Part shown: in pieces, positions 23,216-37,160 of the stretch
How the letters are laid out: each line of letters starts with the position of its first letter
How positions within the stretch are numbered: the stretch's first letter is position 1
From: Octopus sinensis
Taxonomy: Eukaryota
Assembly (NCBI RefSeq): GCF_006345805.1
Contig: NC_043007.1
Span: 63,674,001 to 63,738,000 of the forward strand
Reading direction: 5' to 3'
Length of the DNA stretch: 64,000 bases
Notes under the pieces: generated by a model
Databases searched by the model: none
Told to the model about the DNA's origin: nothing
Seen by the model: the letters and a program-made list of their open reading frames with translations, nothing else
Position numbers and translations under genes: made by a program

Positions 23216-23616
23216 TGATAGGATATTATAATTCATAATACGTGTTAAAAAGCATAGAAGTATATCAGCAACATTAATGGAATTGCTAAATCATGATTTC
23301 TGCATCATTGCATGTCATCAATAGCAAGTGTCCACTATCAATTGCATGCTTAGACAAATTTCACTGCTACTGATATAGAAAAATAGTGATATCTGGCTTT
23401 TGTTGACATGCAGAAAGCCTTTGACAGAATCCCCTGCTTCCTTATCTGGTGGGCAATTACTGGTGTTGCATATAGATAAGACAGATGCTTTCACAATAAG
23501 GTTACTTTGATTATATCTTGTACATGGTTACTGTACTTGTTAAAAAAATTAGAGAACAAAGATTATAGTTCATTATAATAATAAAATTATTATTCTAACC
23601 TCTTTTTGTTTTTTAG

Positions 23617-23725
23617 GGATGTTTCTCATAGTAGAGCCGATAGCTGAAGGTGTAAAGGTGAAAGCTGAAATTGTTAGAATCCTTTATAAGGAACAAATAA
23701 ATTATATTATTAGTAAAGGAGTATG
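23617..23725 (+). CDS. EIF1AD: EIF1AD exon 3
   Basis: GMFLIVEPIAEGVKVKAEIVRILYKEQINYIISKGVW; AG/GT boundaries. Confidence 0.95.
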
Positions 23726-24448
23726 GTAAGTATATGCATATATTTACAATTACCTATTTGGTTAATCTTTACCCATTTGCATGTTTATTTTAAGCAGTAT
23801 TAGTTTCATTGCAGAGTCTTTATTGAAAAGTAAGTTTTTCTTTTTAAGGATATAACTAATAACCACAGAAATTCATAATGATCTGAAAGAACACCTGACT
23901 GTTTTCTGTAAACATAATTTTTAGCATGATCTGTTATTTGTCAGACATTTCAGAGGTTGATTGTTTTCAGTAAAAAGACATTTTTTATTTAACATTTAAA
24001 ACAAGTACCAGGAAATAAGTAACTCTTGAAAATTTTGTTTTACTTCTTGCATTTGTGAACAATAGCATTGCTGGATATTTCTTGTTAAATGGGGTTCCAG
24101 CAGTCTAACCACTGGTTCACTGCATTTCCAATATCAAGAGCTACAATGGGTGTCTGTGTACTCAGCCTCTGAATGCCTATATTCTGTCAGCAAAGATGCT
24201 TCTGATCACAGTTTCTGGAAGTTTGCCGAATTTGTGATGAGAGCTATCTTTTGATAGCTAGGTGCAGAAAGCTATTGTCAAAAGCGTAGCTCATAGCGTT
24301 GTGTGTTGAGAGGATGTGAGCAGATGTGACTATACTATCTCTCATAAAATATCATACCGAAGTGGTAGCATTCTACTGAGTCTAATAGATTGCAACTTAT
24401 ATAATTTTATAGAATACTGTTGCTTTAGTAGCTAGCCTCAGTGATATA

Positions 24449-26006
24449 TACTGTGAACTGAGATAATAGTCCATGATGATTTTTTTAGATTTTGTAAATA
24501 ACTACCTGAGGGATTTTGAAGAAAATTTTCATGATAGCACAGTACACTATTTTTGGTTTGTATACAAAATTTATCAAATGTAGCTGTCTTGGTTTTCATA
24601 TTATTTAGCATACTTGTTTTTCAGGTGTACTGTGATAATAGTCCTGGTATAAGAATGTAGTTTTGATCACTGATAAGGATAGAAATACCAACTATTTCAA
24701 GAAGAATTATTTTAAACAACTCATATGACACAAATGTACCATTGAACAACAAAATACATAAATAACATATTCACAGAAGTTTTGACTCAATGATTAGTGT
24801 TTGGTGTATGAACATTTTGTTTCATGACCTCAAAAATGCGATTGTTAGTGGATTCAGTCAGTGTTTTGATAGTAGTGGGTAGGACTGCCTTAGCAGAGTC
24901 GTGTATTGCCTTCCAAAGTGTTTCCTTAGATGTGTACTGCTTGCCATTCTGGTAGGTCTCACTTTTGATGATGCTCCAGAGGTTCTCGGTGGAATTCAAA
25001 TCTGGAGAACAGGCTGGCCACTTCATTAGGGTTTCTCCTTTGAATCCCAATGAGGAAAGGACCACTTCGGTTCTCTTAGCCACATGTAGTGGGGCCTTAC
25101 CATGCATAAAAATAACCTTGCTAAGCTCAGATAATGGGAGCTCATCCAGCCAGTCAGTTAGGAAATCCCTAATAGAGTTACAGTATGTGATAGTATTAAT
25201 CTTCACACCTTCTGGCACTTTAAATGGACTGATCATCCTGTCTCCCATGATTCCAGCCCAAAACATGACTCCTCCACTCCCTTGCTGAGTGCACAAACGT
25301 ATGTGAGTGGCGTTGTCATAAAACACCCATCCTTTAGCCCAACCATCAGGCCCATCTAGCATGGCTTGGCACTCGTCAGTGAACAAAATATGCTTGACAT
25401 TAGTCTTCATATATATTCTATCCCATTCTAACCAAGCTTTTTTGTGTTTGGGAGTCAACAGAGGCTTGCAAGCAGGTTTCTTCTCTTTCACAAAGCTCCC
25501 AATTACTTTATTTCTGGTTGTTTTGGAGACATTTTCAATGCCAGCGTCTGCAAATAAAGCTTTATTTGTACATCCAGGAAGCATCGCTTGAGATAGGAAA
25601 TGTCTTGCACTGTGACTGTCCAGGACTTGCCTTCACTGCACTCATTCCAATACTTGGGATTTTGTAAATATCTATGAATTGTTTTCACATGACAGCCTAG
25701 TTTCTTGGCCACTTCATCTGCAGACTTGCCTTTACTTATTTCTTTTATAATCTAGTTCTCATATTCTGTAAGAGCTTTTCCCCACCCCATCTTTTGAAAT
25801 GAATAATAGGTCTATTAATTCTGTTCACCTGAAAAAGATAATTGTTGATTAATACGAAAATTAAAAACGCTGCAATTACTAAATTTTGTATACAAACCAA
25901 AAATAGTGTACTGTATACTATCATGTAAATTTTCTTCAAAATCCCTCGGATAGTTATTTAGAAAATCTAAAAAATCATCATGGACTATTTATCTCAGTTC
26001 ACAGTG
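24449..26006 (-). mobile_element. Full-length but inactivated Tc1-family transposon
   Basis: About 125-bp TIRs with TA at both ends. Frameshifted transposase (25503-25712 plus 24787-25584) has LFTDE, VMFWAGI and WPACSPDLNSTENLW; the second catalytic Asp is replaced (FMHGKAPLH). Confidence 0.92.
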
Positions 26007-26719
26007 TAAGCTATTTCTAGCAAATGTTTTTGCAGCATCAGCTCTGTCAGCTGCAATAACTCTAAGAGCATTCTTTTGGATTGCATTTAGTTGGTCGAGT
26101 AGATAATATGAGTAATTCCTCAAGGAAAGAGAAACATACTTCACCATACTTTGTTTTGTAGACAGTGGCTCTTCTTTCTATGTCTAGCTTGCTTCTATGC
26201 CACTTTGTTAAAGACTGAGGAAACATCTTTTACCTACATACATGAGCTGTTTATTGTTACAAAGGAGCCTCTATGTGGTTACTCATCTTGCTAGAAATAG
26301 AACCAAGTTTCCTTTAAGTCACACCCTACTTCTCAGCTATGAAAACCAAAATCTAAGACTACATTCAGTTGTGTAGTTTTAAATGCATATTACAGGAAAA
26401 AGCAACATGGGGTGGTCTTGGCTGGAATGCTTTTGCTCATTGGTTTTATTCAATCAGGATTTGTTTGACTGAAACTTAGAAACTGAATAATTTTGAAAAT
26501 GCTGGTACATATAAATTATTTAAGTACTTACGTTGTTGCATGTATTTCTTAATGCTAATTATTAACCCATTACAACATTTCTCATAATTTTCCCCCATTT
26601 GGTGATAAGATTATTGTTAGTAGAGGAGTAATGACTGCTTTGGTTTTTATTGCTTATTAGTCTCATCAAATGGTACTCAAAAATTAAGTATTCAAGATAA
26701 ATATTCTCATATTTTTCAG

Positions 26720-27068
26720 GCCTGAAGCGTTTGCTGCAGATGTTGCTAATAAAAAAGATGAAGCACAGATTCCTGATGATATGTTACCACCTTCTGACTC
26801 TGATGAAGAAGATCTTGGTACTTTAGTAAATAACTACAACAGACATGTGTGTCCCGCTCATATTCCCAATTCAGACTCCAGTGATAGTGAGGAAGCCTCT
26901 GATAACTGTGATGATAATAACTCTGAGATTGAAACTCTTTCTAATAACAAAGCTGACTCAAATAATGAGAGCAAAGACAGTTCAGATGTATTTAAGACAG
27001 ATAATGACCAAATAAGTCGAGTTTCTTCAAATATATTAGATTTAGATATAAATAAATCTGATAAGTAA
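26720..27068 (+). CDS. EIF1AD: EIF1AD exon 4 with acidic C-terminal tail
   Basis: WPEAF motif joins in phase, followed by PPSDSDEEDL..LVNNYNR; stop TAA at 27066-27068. Total CDS is 654 nt. Confidence 0.92.
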
Positions 27069-30000
27069 CCTGTTACCATTTGTCTCTTACATATCTTTTT
27101 GACTTTATTTCAGTAGATATTATATATTGAAAAATCAACTTGAAAAACTCACAAACCATGAAATCTGATTGGTTTCATGATATTTTTTGTTGTTTATTTT
27201 AATAATTTTATATGTTTCCTAACTCAGAAATTGATCCATTCCTAGGAGCTAAATGGATAAGTGAGGATATATTATCTAAAAAAACAATAATTATAATCAG
27301 TCACACATTTATTGTTGGGTAAATACTGTGCATTCTATGTTATTCTTATCTCATAGTGTGCAAGTTACTTTTATGTATTATGTATTAAATTAGAACATAG
27401 GGATGGCTGAATGGTTAAGAAAGGTTTTAGGTTTGATTTTACTGTGTGACATCTTAGGTAAGAGCATTTACACCATAGCTTTGGGTTGACTTAAGCCCAG
27501 TTAGTGAATTTGGATTGATAGAGACTCATTTAGATGGACTATTTGTAATTCTAAAAATCCATCCTTGTCACATTTGCATCATGCTGATTCATCATCATTT
27601 AATGTCCACTTTCTCTGCTGGCATAGGTTGGATGGTTTTACAGGATCTGGTGAGCTTCAAGGCCATGTTGAGCACCAATGTCAGCTTTAGCATGGTTTTC
27701 ACACTTTACAGAGTGTACTGGGTGCATTTTTCTGTGCCACTAGCACTAGTGAGGTTGCCAGGTAACTTGCTAGACGGAAGAGCAAGGATAATAAAAAGGA
27801 AAAGCTTTTAAATTGGGAGTATTTGGGAGGAAAAAAGTGGCTTTATGTCAGATGTTGAAAAGCTGAAGTACAATAGAGGTATAAGCACAAGTGTCTTGCT
27901 ATTCTACTTGAAAATTACATTAAGAGTCTGTTGAATACTCCACATACTAACTCAATAAGCAAGATGTCTAGGTGATCAAAAACCACCTGGATGCCCAGAC
28001 ATTGAAATTAATGCTAATATTCCTCATTAAATTTGAACTGCTGCCTCTAAGTGTTCTGTTGAGTTATCCTTCATTTGGCTTAGCCAGGTGTTAATAAAGT
28101 ATTCAACATGGAATCAGACATCAATTCCCAAAAGAATAAAAAACAAACAAAAGCAGTGCTCAAAATGTCCACCTCAAGAAATAAAGATGAAATAATCTCG
28201 GCTATAATAACCTCAACTCTGGCAAGAGTTTCATATCTTGTAAGATTTTGAAAGTGATCCCATTTATTTCCATTAATAATAACTCTTATTTTCATAGCTA
28301 GTTTAGTATTGTTCACTCATATATCTGTTCCAGTACAATCATCATGTTTATATGTAAAACAACTGCAATACTCCACAGTATTTACTGTAGCAATCATTGA
28401 TGGGAGTTAGAGTAGTTGCAGCAGTAAAATACCCTGGTTGGAGTTGTTAACATTGCAATGAAAAAAGAAATGATTTCTTTCTGGGTACAAACCGTTTTTC
28501 TAGGTGGGAGGAAATACAGTTGATTCAAACTAATTTTCTATAGTAATTACTGCACTAATTCTGGCACTTGATTTCTATTCTAATTAGCAGGAACAGTGTG
28601 GATTGTGAGTAATCTGTGTACAGTTGATGTTTGTCAGGTAGCTGTGGTACTGCTAACAGGATCTCCTTTAAAACTTTTGGTGAATGTATTTGCCTACATT
28701 TTAGTTTCCTTTTAGTAGAAAAAAGACCATTTTTTCGCTTAAGTTCTGCAACTAACATAATTCTTTCTACAATAGAACAAAGCCTGAAGTTTTGGGGAGA
28801 GTGCTTGTCAATTACATCATCCCTGATGCTCAACTGGTACTTATTTTATCAACCCTAAAAGGATGAAGGCAATTTGCACTCAGAACGTAAAAACGGATGA
28901 AATGCCACTTAGCACTTTTGTCCAGTGTGCTAACGATTCTGCTAGTTTGCTGCCAGCTAACACAACAGTAGTTCTTGTTTGTCAGTCCTGATTGAGCAGA
29001 ATTGTGATAAAAGGCATCCAAACCATTCATAACCCATTTTGTGTTATTTTTTTCTCAAATGTAATATATCCAACATGTTCCCTTTTTTTTTAAAATGATA
29101 TGGTGTGATAAAAAACATTACATTTCATACAAATACTATGATGATCATATTCTCGTGGACAATATACTACTAAAGGTAATCTTCTCCAATAATTTGCTTT
29201 ACTTGCATAGTTTTGTATATGTTAAGGAAATGATTTTGTTTTTACAAATCTTTCAATCTTCCATCATTTCATTTTTAAATTTCTACATAAATTCTTACAA
29301 AGCAATTTGGTATAAAATGTAATGTTAATGACTTTCAATTAATTTATTACATTTGTAATTTCGATTTAATACAGATTGTTTGAAAATGTATAATTCTTGA
29401 TATTAATTTAACATAGTTATCCTGTATCCATACATCAAAAAAAAAAAAGAAAGAAACTAAGAATAGTTAAGGGGAAGTAACTCTTTTTAGCGCGAAAGAC
29501 TTTGTAAGTTCCTTTCACTGATTTTTTTTTTTTAAACAAGATAAAACTTGTGTAATAAAGGAACCAGTATATTAGTTCAATGTCGTATGTTTTAGTGTTT
29601 GATTTATTAATATTGGGGAAATTAAAGATAAGGTTGAAGCCAATTGGATTTAAACTTTTTCTTGCATAAGCAGAAGGTAAAACAAATTTGGGAAGGTAAC
29701 AGTCAGTTATACCAACCCCAGTACTTTAGTTATTTATGTCAACTCTAGAAAGAAGAAAGGCATAGTCAGTCTTACCAGGATTTGAACTCAGAATATAAAA
29801 GACCACAACTAAATAGTGCATGACATTTAATTTGATTCTGCCAGTTTACCACTCTAGAACGTTAGAATATTAGCTACAATGAACACTTACTTTAATATTC
29901 TAACTATGCTTCCTTGGTGTGCTACCCATTAATTTGTTATTGATTGCATAAAATAATTGCCAGTCAGTTAATAGAGTCTATTTAATTTAAAGGTGAAGCT

Positions 30001-30504
30001 ATAGTATAGTCACAGCCCCATGGGTGAAACTCATAAAATAATATAAGAGTATATTTGATATATCACTAACAGCAAAAATTGATTTCAAATTTTGGTACAA
30101 GGCCAGCAATTCCGAGGGAGTGGGTAAGTCAATTACATTGGCCCCAGTGCTCAACTGGTACTTAAACTCCAAAAGGATGTAAAGTAAAGATGATTTAGGC
30201 AGAGTTACTAACAGCAAATATTACAATAAGTTTGCTGAGAAATTCTTATTTATAGATACTTGTATATTTTTAAAAAATCAGACTGGGTAAATTGGAAGAA
30301 GAATTGGTAGAATACTTCCCTACATGTTACTATAGCTTGTATTATTGATACTAGAGGAATCAAAAGTAGAGACATATTGGAATAGATATTACAAAATAAT
30401 ATAGTTGGATATTATATTTCCTAGCTGTCTTTAATTAGGCTTCTTGTTGATATGTAACAGTGGTATTATTTTAAGCACTTTGCCTAAAGTTTATTCAATG
30501 AGTT

Positions 30505-30718
30505 ATTGATTTCAAATTTTGGCACAATGCCAGTAATTTTGGGGGAAGGAGTAAGTTGATTACATCAACCCCAGTACTTGACTGGTACTTATTTTATTGA
30601 CTCCAAAAGGATAATCAATGTTAACCTTGGCAGAATTTGAATTCAGAATATAGAGATGGATGAAATGCTGCCAAGCATTTTGACTGGTGTGCTAACAATT
30701 CTGTCAGCTCACCACTTT
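30505..30718 (-). mobile_element. Abundant tRNA-derived SINE family; other copies near 28775-28960, 29690-29855, 30078-30215, 45543-45758, 47262-47460, 49100-49288, 58810-58965 and 59240-59380
   Basis: Shared core gcctttcatcct..ggggtcgataaaataagtaccag (Meta-domain-like) and B box GAGTTCAAATTC. Confidence 0.8.
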
Positions 30719-32781
30719 AACAAAGTTAGAAATATTATTAATAATAATAATAATTCAGAAATCATTTAAGTAGAAACAGTTGAGTATGTGTCCAAATGTC
30801 TTCTGCTTATTGAATAAAATTCCATGGAATAAACACAATACCAACATTTATAAAGAAGATAAACACCAATAAACTGACTCCAATGGGTTACTGGTGTTTC
30901 TTTTATTAAATTTTCAGAAATGTAAGGGCAAAACTCAAAATTAGAATATAGAAAACCAACACTAGATTTGTTATACAGCTTATTCTGGCTCTCTGCCATT
31001 TCTGTAAATGCACTACTCCCATCCAATTGATTAATTCAAGTAACTGTGTCCTTCCGTTTGTGAAAAAGAAACCATTTTGTATTGAAAACAGATGGCTCAA
31101 TCTATTGTAGTTGAAGCAATAACTTGTACTTAAGTGTTTGACATTTTATTGAAATAAATGATTGAAAAATATTTTTCCATAGCAGGAAGGAAATCTTTGA
31201 CAGGTTAATTTCCTCAGTAAACAAACAGTTGGATTAACGAAGTTAAAATCCTCAGATAATCTAGCGTGACAAGTATTTATGATATAAAACCAAACGTGGA
31301 TATCTAATTTACTTGGCATTGTCAGTTTGTAAGAAAAGCAAACATTAGAAATAAACTGAGTCAAATATTGAAAGATAAAACTCATCATCATCATTGTTGT
31401 TTTAATGTCTACTTTTTCATACTCGCAAAGGTTGGATGGAGTTTGTTGAGGCAGATTTTCTACTTTGGCCAATCCCCACCTGTTTTTATAGAATATTGGA
31501 GATGAAGGACACTAATTACATGATAGTGACACACATTAAAAAATATTATCAGAAATAAAACAGAGAAAATAAAGGTGATTTTTCAAATTACATTTTAAGT
31601 ATTTTTTATTAGAACCAAATAAAATTTTGTCAAACCAAACTCTTGAAGTGTGAATATTGCATAATTTGAAATCACTTTTCTTATAAATATGTGTCCTTGC
31701 AGCCATAAAATGAATGAGGTAAGCATAAATGATAAGAATAAAGTTATAGCAAAATAGTTTCACAATCCAAATTCAGTTCTTTGACTCTGAGATTTAAGCA
31801 TGGCTGCATGGATAAAAAGTTTGCTTCTCAACACATAATTTCATGTTCAGTCCCACTGCATGGCACTTTGGACAACTGTCTTCTACAATAGCCTTGGGCT
31901 GACCAAAAGGTTGTAAGTGTATTTCATAGACATAAACTGAAAGAAACCCATCATGTAGATAAATGTGTATGTATATAGATATATGTGTACATATATATAT
32001 ATACATACTGGAGTAAACACATAAATGTGAAACAAGGTGGAAAAAAGAGTACTCAAATACCAGTGGTAGAGTAATCTGCTTTATTTAAAGCAGCAGAAAA
32101 TTTTTGTTGAATTTTCTGCTGCTTTAAATAAAGTATATATATATATATATATCACCGTGACCGACCAGGCTATCAGATGTTGCTACACATCGCTGGTCAC
32201 AATGCGCTTCACATTGTTTTAGCCTTCAAATGATGCCACCCTGCTGGCTAAGCGAGCAGGCCAACAGAAGAAAGAGTGAGAGAAAGTTGTGGCGAAAGAT
32301 TACAGCAGGGATCGTCACCACCCCCTGCCGAAGCCTCATGGAGCTTTAGGTGTTTTTGCTCAATAAACACTCACAACGCTTGGTCTGGGAATCGAAACCG
32401 CGAGTCCGCTGCCCTCACCACTGGGCCATTGTGCTTCCACACACACATATATATAGGAGCTCTCTGTCGGTTACAACGACGTAGGTCCTAGCTGATACAA
32501 TCAATGGAACAGCTTGCTCATGAAATTAGCATACAAGTGGCTGAGCACTCCACAGACTTGTGTACTCTTAACATAGTTCTCAGGGAGATTCAGCATGACA
32601 CAGAGTGCGACAAGGCTGGCCCTTTGAAATACAAGTACTATTCATTTTTGCCAGCTGAGTGGACTGGAACAACGTCAAATAAAGTGTCTTACTCAAGGAC
32701 GCAACACATCGCCGGGAATTGAACTCTCGAACTTATGATCATGAGCCGAATGCCCTAACCACTAAGCCGCTCGCCTTCACT

Positions 32782-32812
<31 letters not shown>

Positions 32813-35618
32813 ATATATACCTCATCATAAAAATCTTCATCATGTACATTTTTCAATGCTTGCATGGGTTGGACAGAGTTTATTTGAGACAGATTTTCTA
32901 CTATTGGATGCCATTCCTGTTGCCAGCCTTCACCTGCTTCCAAGCAAGGTAATATATTCTTGTGACCAGACATGTCATTGGAGAACATTGGAAATGAATG
33001 ACAGTGACAATCATTTTACAACTATCACACAATGTCAAGACAAGAACACACACATATACATACAATGGGTTTCTTCCAGTTTACATCTGCCAAATCCACT
33101 CAAGGCTTTAGTTGGACTAGGGCCATAATAGATGGCATTTGTGCAAGGGACTGAATCGTGTGGTTAGGAAGCATACTACTTACCACATTGCCACACCTGT
33201 GCCTATAAATAAATGTAAGAGTACCAGCGAATTTGAATCAAACTGTTTTGATCCATATTTGTAAATACATATGTGTGTGTGTGTTTATTTGAGTCACCTT
33301 GTTTTGGCATCATGTAATAGTTGTAAATGAGTGTCATCATCACAAAAAAGGTGTCATGCATTTTTAATCTTCTGTTAAACCATATCCAGCCATGGGGAAG
33401 TATTATCTTGCTTGGAAACAGAAAAGGGTTGGCAATAGGAAGGACATTCCACCATAGAAAATATTCTTTAACAAATCCCATCTATCCAATGCAAGTATGG
33501 AAAAATCGATGTTAAAATGATGATGAGGAGGAGCTGAAGAAATACATAAACATCACAGAATGTCTTTTAGTATTTTTAGGACTTGCAAGTTTGCTAGTCT
33601 TAGGGTAAGCTTCCAATGAACCAAGTTCATGACCTAGTTTCTATTTTTTTAATTTTCATTATACGTATTTTACTTCATGGACATTGCAAATGCTATTGAC
33701 AAAAGTGTGAGAATCACGATTTCCTGCTTCCCCTCTCCTGTACAAAAACTAAACCAAAGGTTCTTTTAATTTTATTTTAGGATATGGTCAATATAATATT
33801 TAGACAAATAAGTTGTATGTGTAAGCATTTCTTTTAATACAAATATACAATAACAAATCATTGATCTTTACACACTTGATAAGTTTGTTGATTAGCTGAA
33901 AACATTAAGAGTATAATAACATTGAAATGACTTATGTAAACAAAACAGATAATTATAGCAAAGAGGGATGCATGCACGAGTTATACTAGACAGTTGATCT
34001 GTTCACTCTGGGAACAAAGCTATCAGTATAGAAATAGAACTTGAGCTACTTACATATACAAACTAAAGATAAATAACATTTGGATCGATTACTGTAAGTA
34101 GTTGGGAGAAAGCTAATCGTGTATCATAACTTAGCTCAGAGAGATATAAGACATCGATTTTCACACAAGAGCTTTCTCATAACATATTTTATACACTGAA
34201 TACTTGTTTCATAATTGAAAGGTTGAAAGAAGTCTTCAATTTCTCAGTACTTTTGCAACAGGGTTTATGTCAGATGGGTGTAATATGTGTCTGAACAGCA
34301 TCTTCATAAACTATAGATATATTTGTGAGGAAGATATGAGGTAGCAATGAAGAATAGATGCCAGTACAAATATATTTGTTATTTTTGACGATTTTTGTCA
34401 ACTTTGCTTGAACAGATAAACATACGTCATAAAAGGAATCAAGTGGTTGTTTTAGAACAATTTATAACTATTAATGTCATACTTCAGTCTGATACAGAAC
34501 CCTGTGGTGAGTTCCACCAGGTAGTGTAGACTTTGTTGGGGGGAGTGTAACATCCAGGATAAATTACATCCATTTCATCATCTAGTTCATTCATAATAAC
34601 AGATTCAATGGGAGTAGTTTGAAACCCAATATAGAATTTAAATCTAGAATAATAGTTTACATTGCAGATGTTTGTCTGAAACAGGTTTCAAAGTTGTTTT
34701 TTTTAAACTGATGTAGTATTCTTCTGAAGTGTTTTATATGTCTAGCTATTTCTGGATGATCACAAGCACACGGGAAGGTTTAAGCTAAATGTATTCAAAA
34801 TGTAGGTAGCCCTCATGCCTAAATAATTTTTCAGTTTTAGTGTTTTTATTTTGCTGGATTGGTTAAAAATACAATTTACAGGGATAAGATTGAATAGGTT
34901 ACTGTCTAGCTAAGTAGTTGCTATTCTTTCTATTTGGGACAGACAAATCAACTCTGATCTATTCAATACCACCATTAAAATAGGAAAATGTTTCAAGAGC
35001 TGAATTTTAAGTACTACCAGACTAAAAACAGGATGACTATTGGTACATAGTAAATAAAATGATGAACATTTACATTTATAATCTGTGTGTGATGATGGCA
35101 GCAGTGAATGATATCTGCTGTTATAAAAAATTGCCAAGCGGTAAAAATGTTGGGAGAATTTTTTCTTTAGAGGAGAATGAAGCACTCATCACACCTACAA
35201 AGCTTTCAAAACTGGTAGAGGAAAGAGTGGGATAAAGATGCAATTTATGGGTTTCTGTAATGGGAAGAAGAACATCAGGGTATCAAAATTATGCTTATAA
35301 TAGTGTGGACTTCATCAACTGAAGGCATCCAAGGGCCAGTCATTAAGCTACTTAACAGTTTTAGTCCACCACCAAAATTAAGGTGATTTACCTCTGTTGT
35401 GCCCCAAATATGGGATAAGTATAGAGGTATTGAGATTAATGATAAAGTCAATGACAGTGATGATGGTAATGATGATGATGAAGAAAAGAAGAAGGAGGGG
35501 ATAATGATGATGATGATAAATAACAGCAAGTAACAACAAGCTATGGATTTGATATACTACATCTGATAGCATTATGTTGATAGCTTGTTGTCTGAAGTAC
35601 TTCTTCGATGGAAGAGAC

Positions 35619-35742
35619 CTATAAAAGAGTGTTTACACATTTTGCAAGAGATTTCATAGTAATAGATTTCCTTGGAGGATGATGCATGGGTACTTGATCA
35701 TGTCTCAGTTTTGAGCGCAGGGCATGCAGCTTTCTCGCAGTA
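35619..35742 (-). CDS. FAM194-domain gene, probable terminal coding exon
   Basis: Strong acceptor tttttgtatatttttcag, phase 2 compatible; TARKLHALRSKLRHDQVPMHHPPRKSITMKSLAKCVNTLL*. No homology support. Confidence 0.55.
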
Positions 35743-35994
35743 CTGAAAAATATACAAAAATATTGAAATAAATAAACAAATAAATCATATAAACAATAAT
35801 TTGTTATTTTTCTTTGTTTATCCTTTTATCCTTTTTTTGTACTTGTTTCAGTCATTTAACTGTGGCCTTGCTGGAGCACTGCCTTTCTTTTTATTTTAAA
35901 TCTAATTTAGAATTTATTCATATCTAAATACAATATAATACAGTCACCAAATTACTGAATGGTCTCTAAGTTCGGTAATTTGGTAGTCACTAAG

Positions 35995-36244
35995 GAGACT
36001 AGGTGCAGATGAATAGATTGTCAGGGCTGTACAAGCTATGTACAAAGATGTAAGTAAAGTGAGAGTCAACAATGATTTCAGTGATGAATTTGATGTGAAG
36101 GCAGGTGTCCTCTTCTATTCATCATAGTCCGATAGACTACTACAGAAGAGTTTAATTCTAGCTGTTCATGGAAACTCCTGTATGCTGATGATCTACTTCT
36201 CATTGTTGAATGTATAGGGGAATTAGAGGGGAAATTCCAGGCAT
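35995..36244 (+). mobile_element. Decayed RTE RT fragment interrupted by a mariner
   Basis: Remnants of LGADE.IVRAVQAMY and LLYADD. Confidence 0.7.
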
Positions 36245-36800
36245 ATGAGGGTTGGCTGAAAAGTTCATAGGCTGACCGATCAAGATACTGTCATGAAATG
36301 TGATCAAAGGAGATAACACAGTCTCCTTTGAGGTCCACACACTTCTTTCAGAGTTGCAGTGTTTGGATCCCATTGGTGAAGAAGCTTTCATCCTGTTGGT
36401 CAAAAAAGTCATCAACAGCAGATATGATGTCATCATCTCTGTGAAATTAGTTCCCAGCTAAGTGTTTTTTTATACTGGGGAACAGATAATAGGTGAGGCC
36501 AAATCAGGAGAATAAGGGGGGTGATCATAACCACCTTAGGAAGTTGGCATAGTACTCTCCTTTGATGGTGTAACCCTTTTGAAGGTAGTCAGTAAACAAT
36601 TGCCTTTGCATTCCAAAAAACAGGCAATCACCTTCCCGGCTGATGAAATGACCTTGGCCTGCTTTGGAGCAGGTGAGGAAGGGCGTTTCTTCTGCATGGA
36701 TTGTATCTTTGTCTCTGGCTCAAAGTGATGAAGTCAACATTCATCCTGGCTTAGAAAATGTTCAAGGAAACCAGCTGAATCTGCCTCAAACAATGTCAAA
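36245..36800 (-). mobile_element. Internally deleted mariner element
   Basis: TIR gagggttggctgaaaagttcataggctg shared with the 49796 element; transposase remnants DYLQKGYTIKGEYYANFL and YSPDL. Confidence 0.8.
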
Positions 36801-37019
36801 TCCTAAGTTACAATCTTGAAAAGGCTGTTATAACTTTTGTTAACACTTGCAGTCAATAAACAGCCATAATATATTAGTATCTGTTTTCAGTAGGCATGGT
36901 ATGGCTGAATGGTTCAGAAGTTTGCTTTGCGACATTCTGGTTCAATCCCACACCATGGCATCATGGACAAATGTCATTTTCTTGCCTCAAGTCATACCAT
37001 ACCTTGTGAACTACACACA

Positions 37020-37064
37020 TATGTATGTACTTACATACATACATACGTACATACATACATGCAT

Positions 37065-37103
<39 letters not shown>

Positions 37104-37160
37104 CACCACACACACACACACATGCATGCATACATACATACATACATACATACATACATG
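37020..37160. repeat. (CATA)n/(CA)n microsatellite
   Basis: Direct inspection. Confidence 0.95.

Noticed and set aside
24787-25584. Active or domesticated Tc1 transposase
   Set aside because: N-terminus is frameshifted and the second catalytic Asp is lost, so it is a decaying copy.
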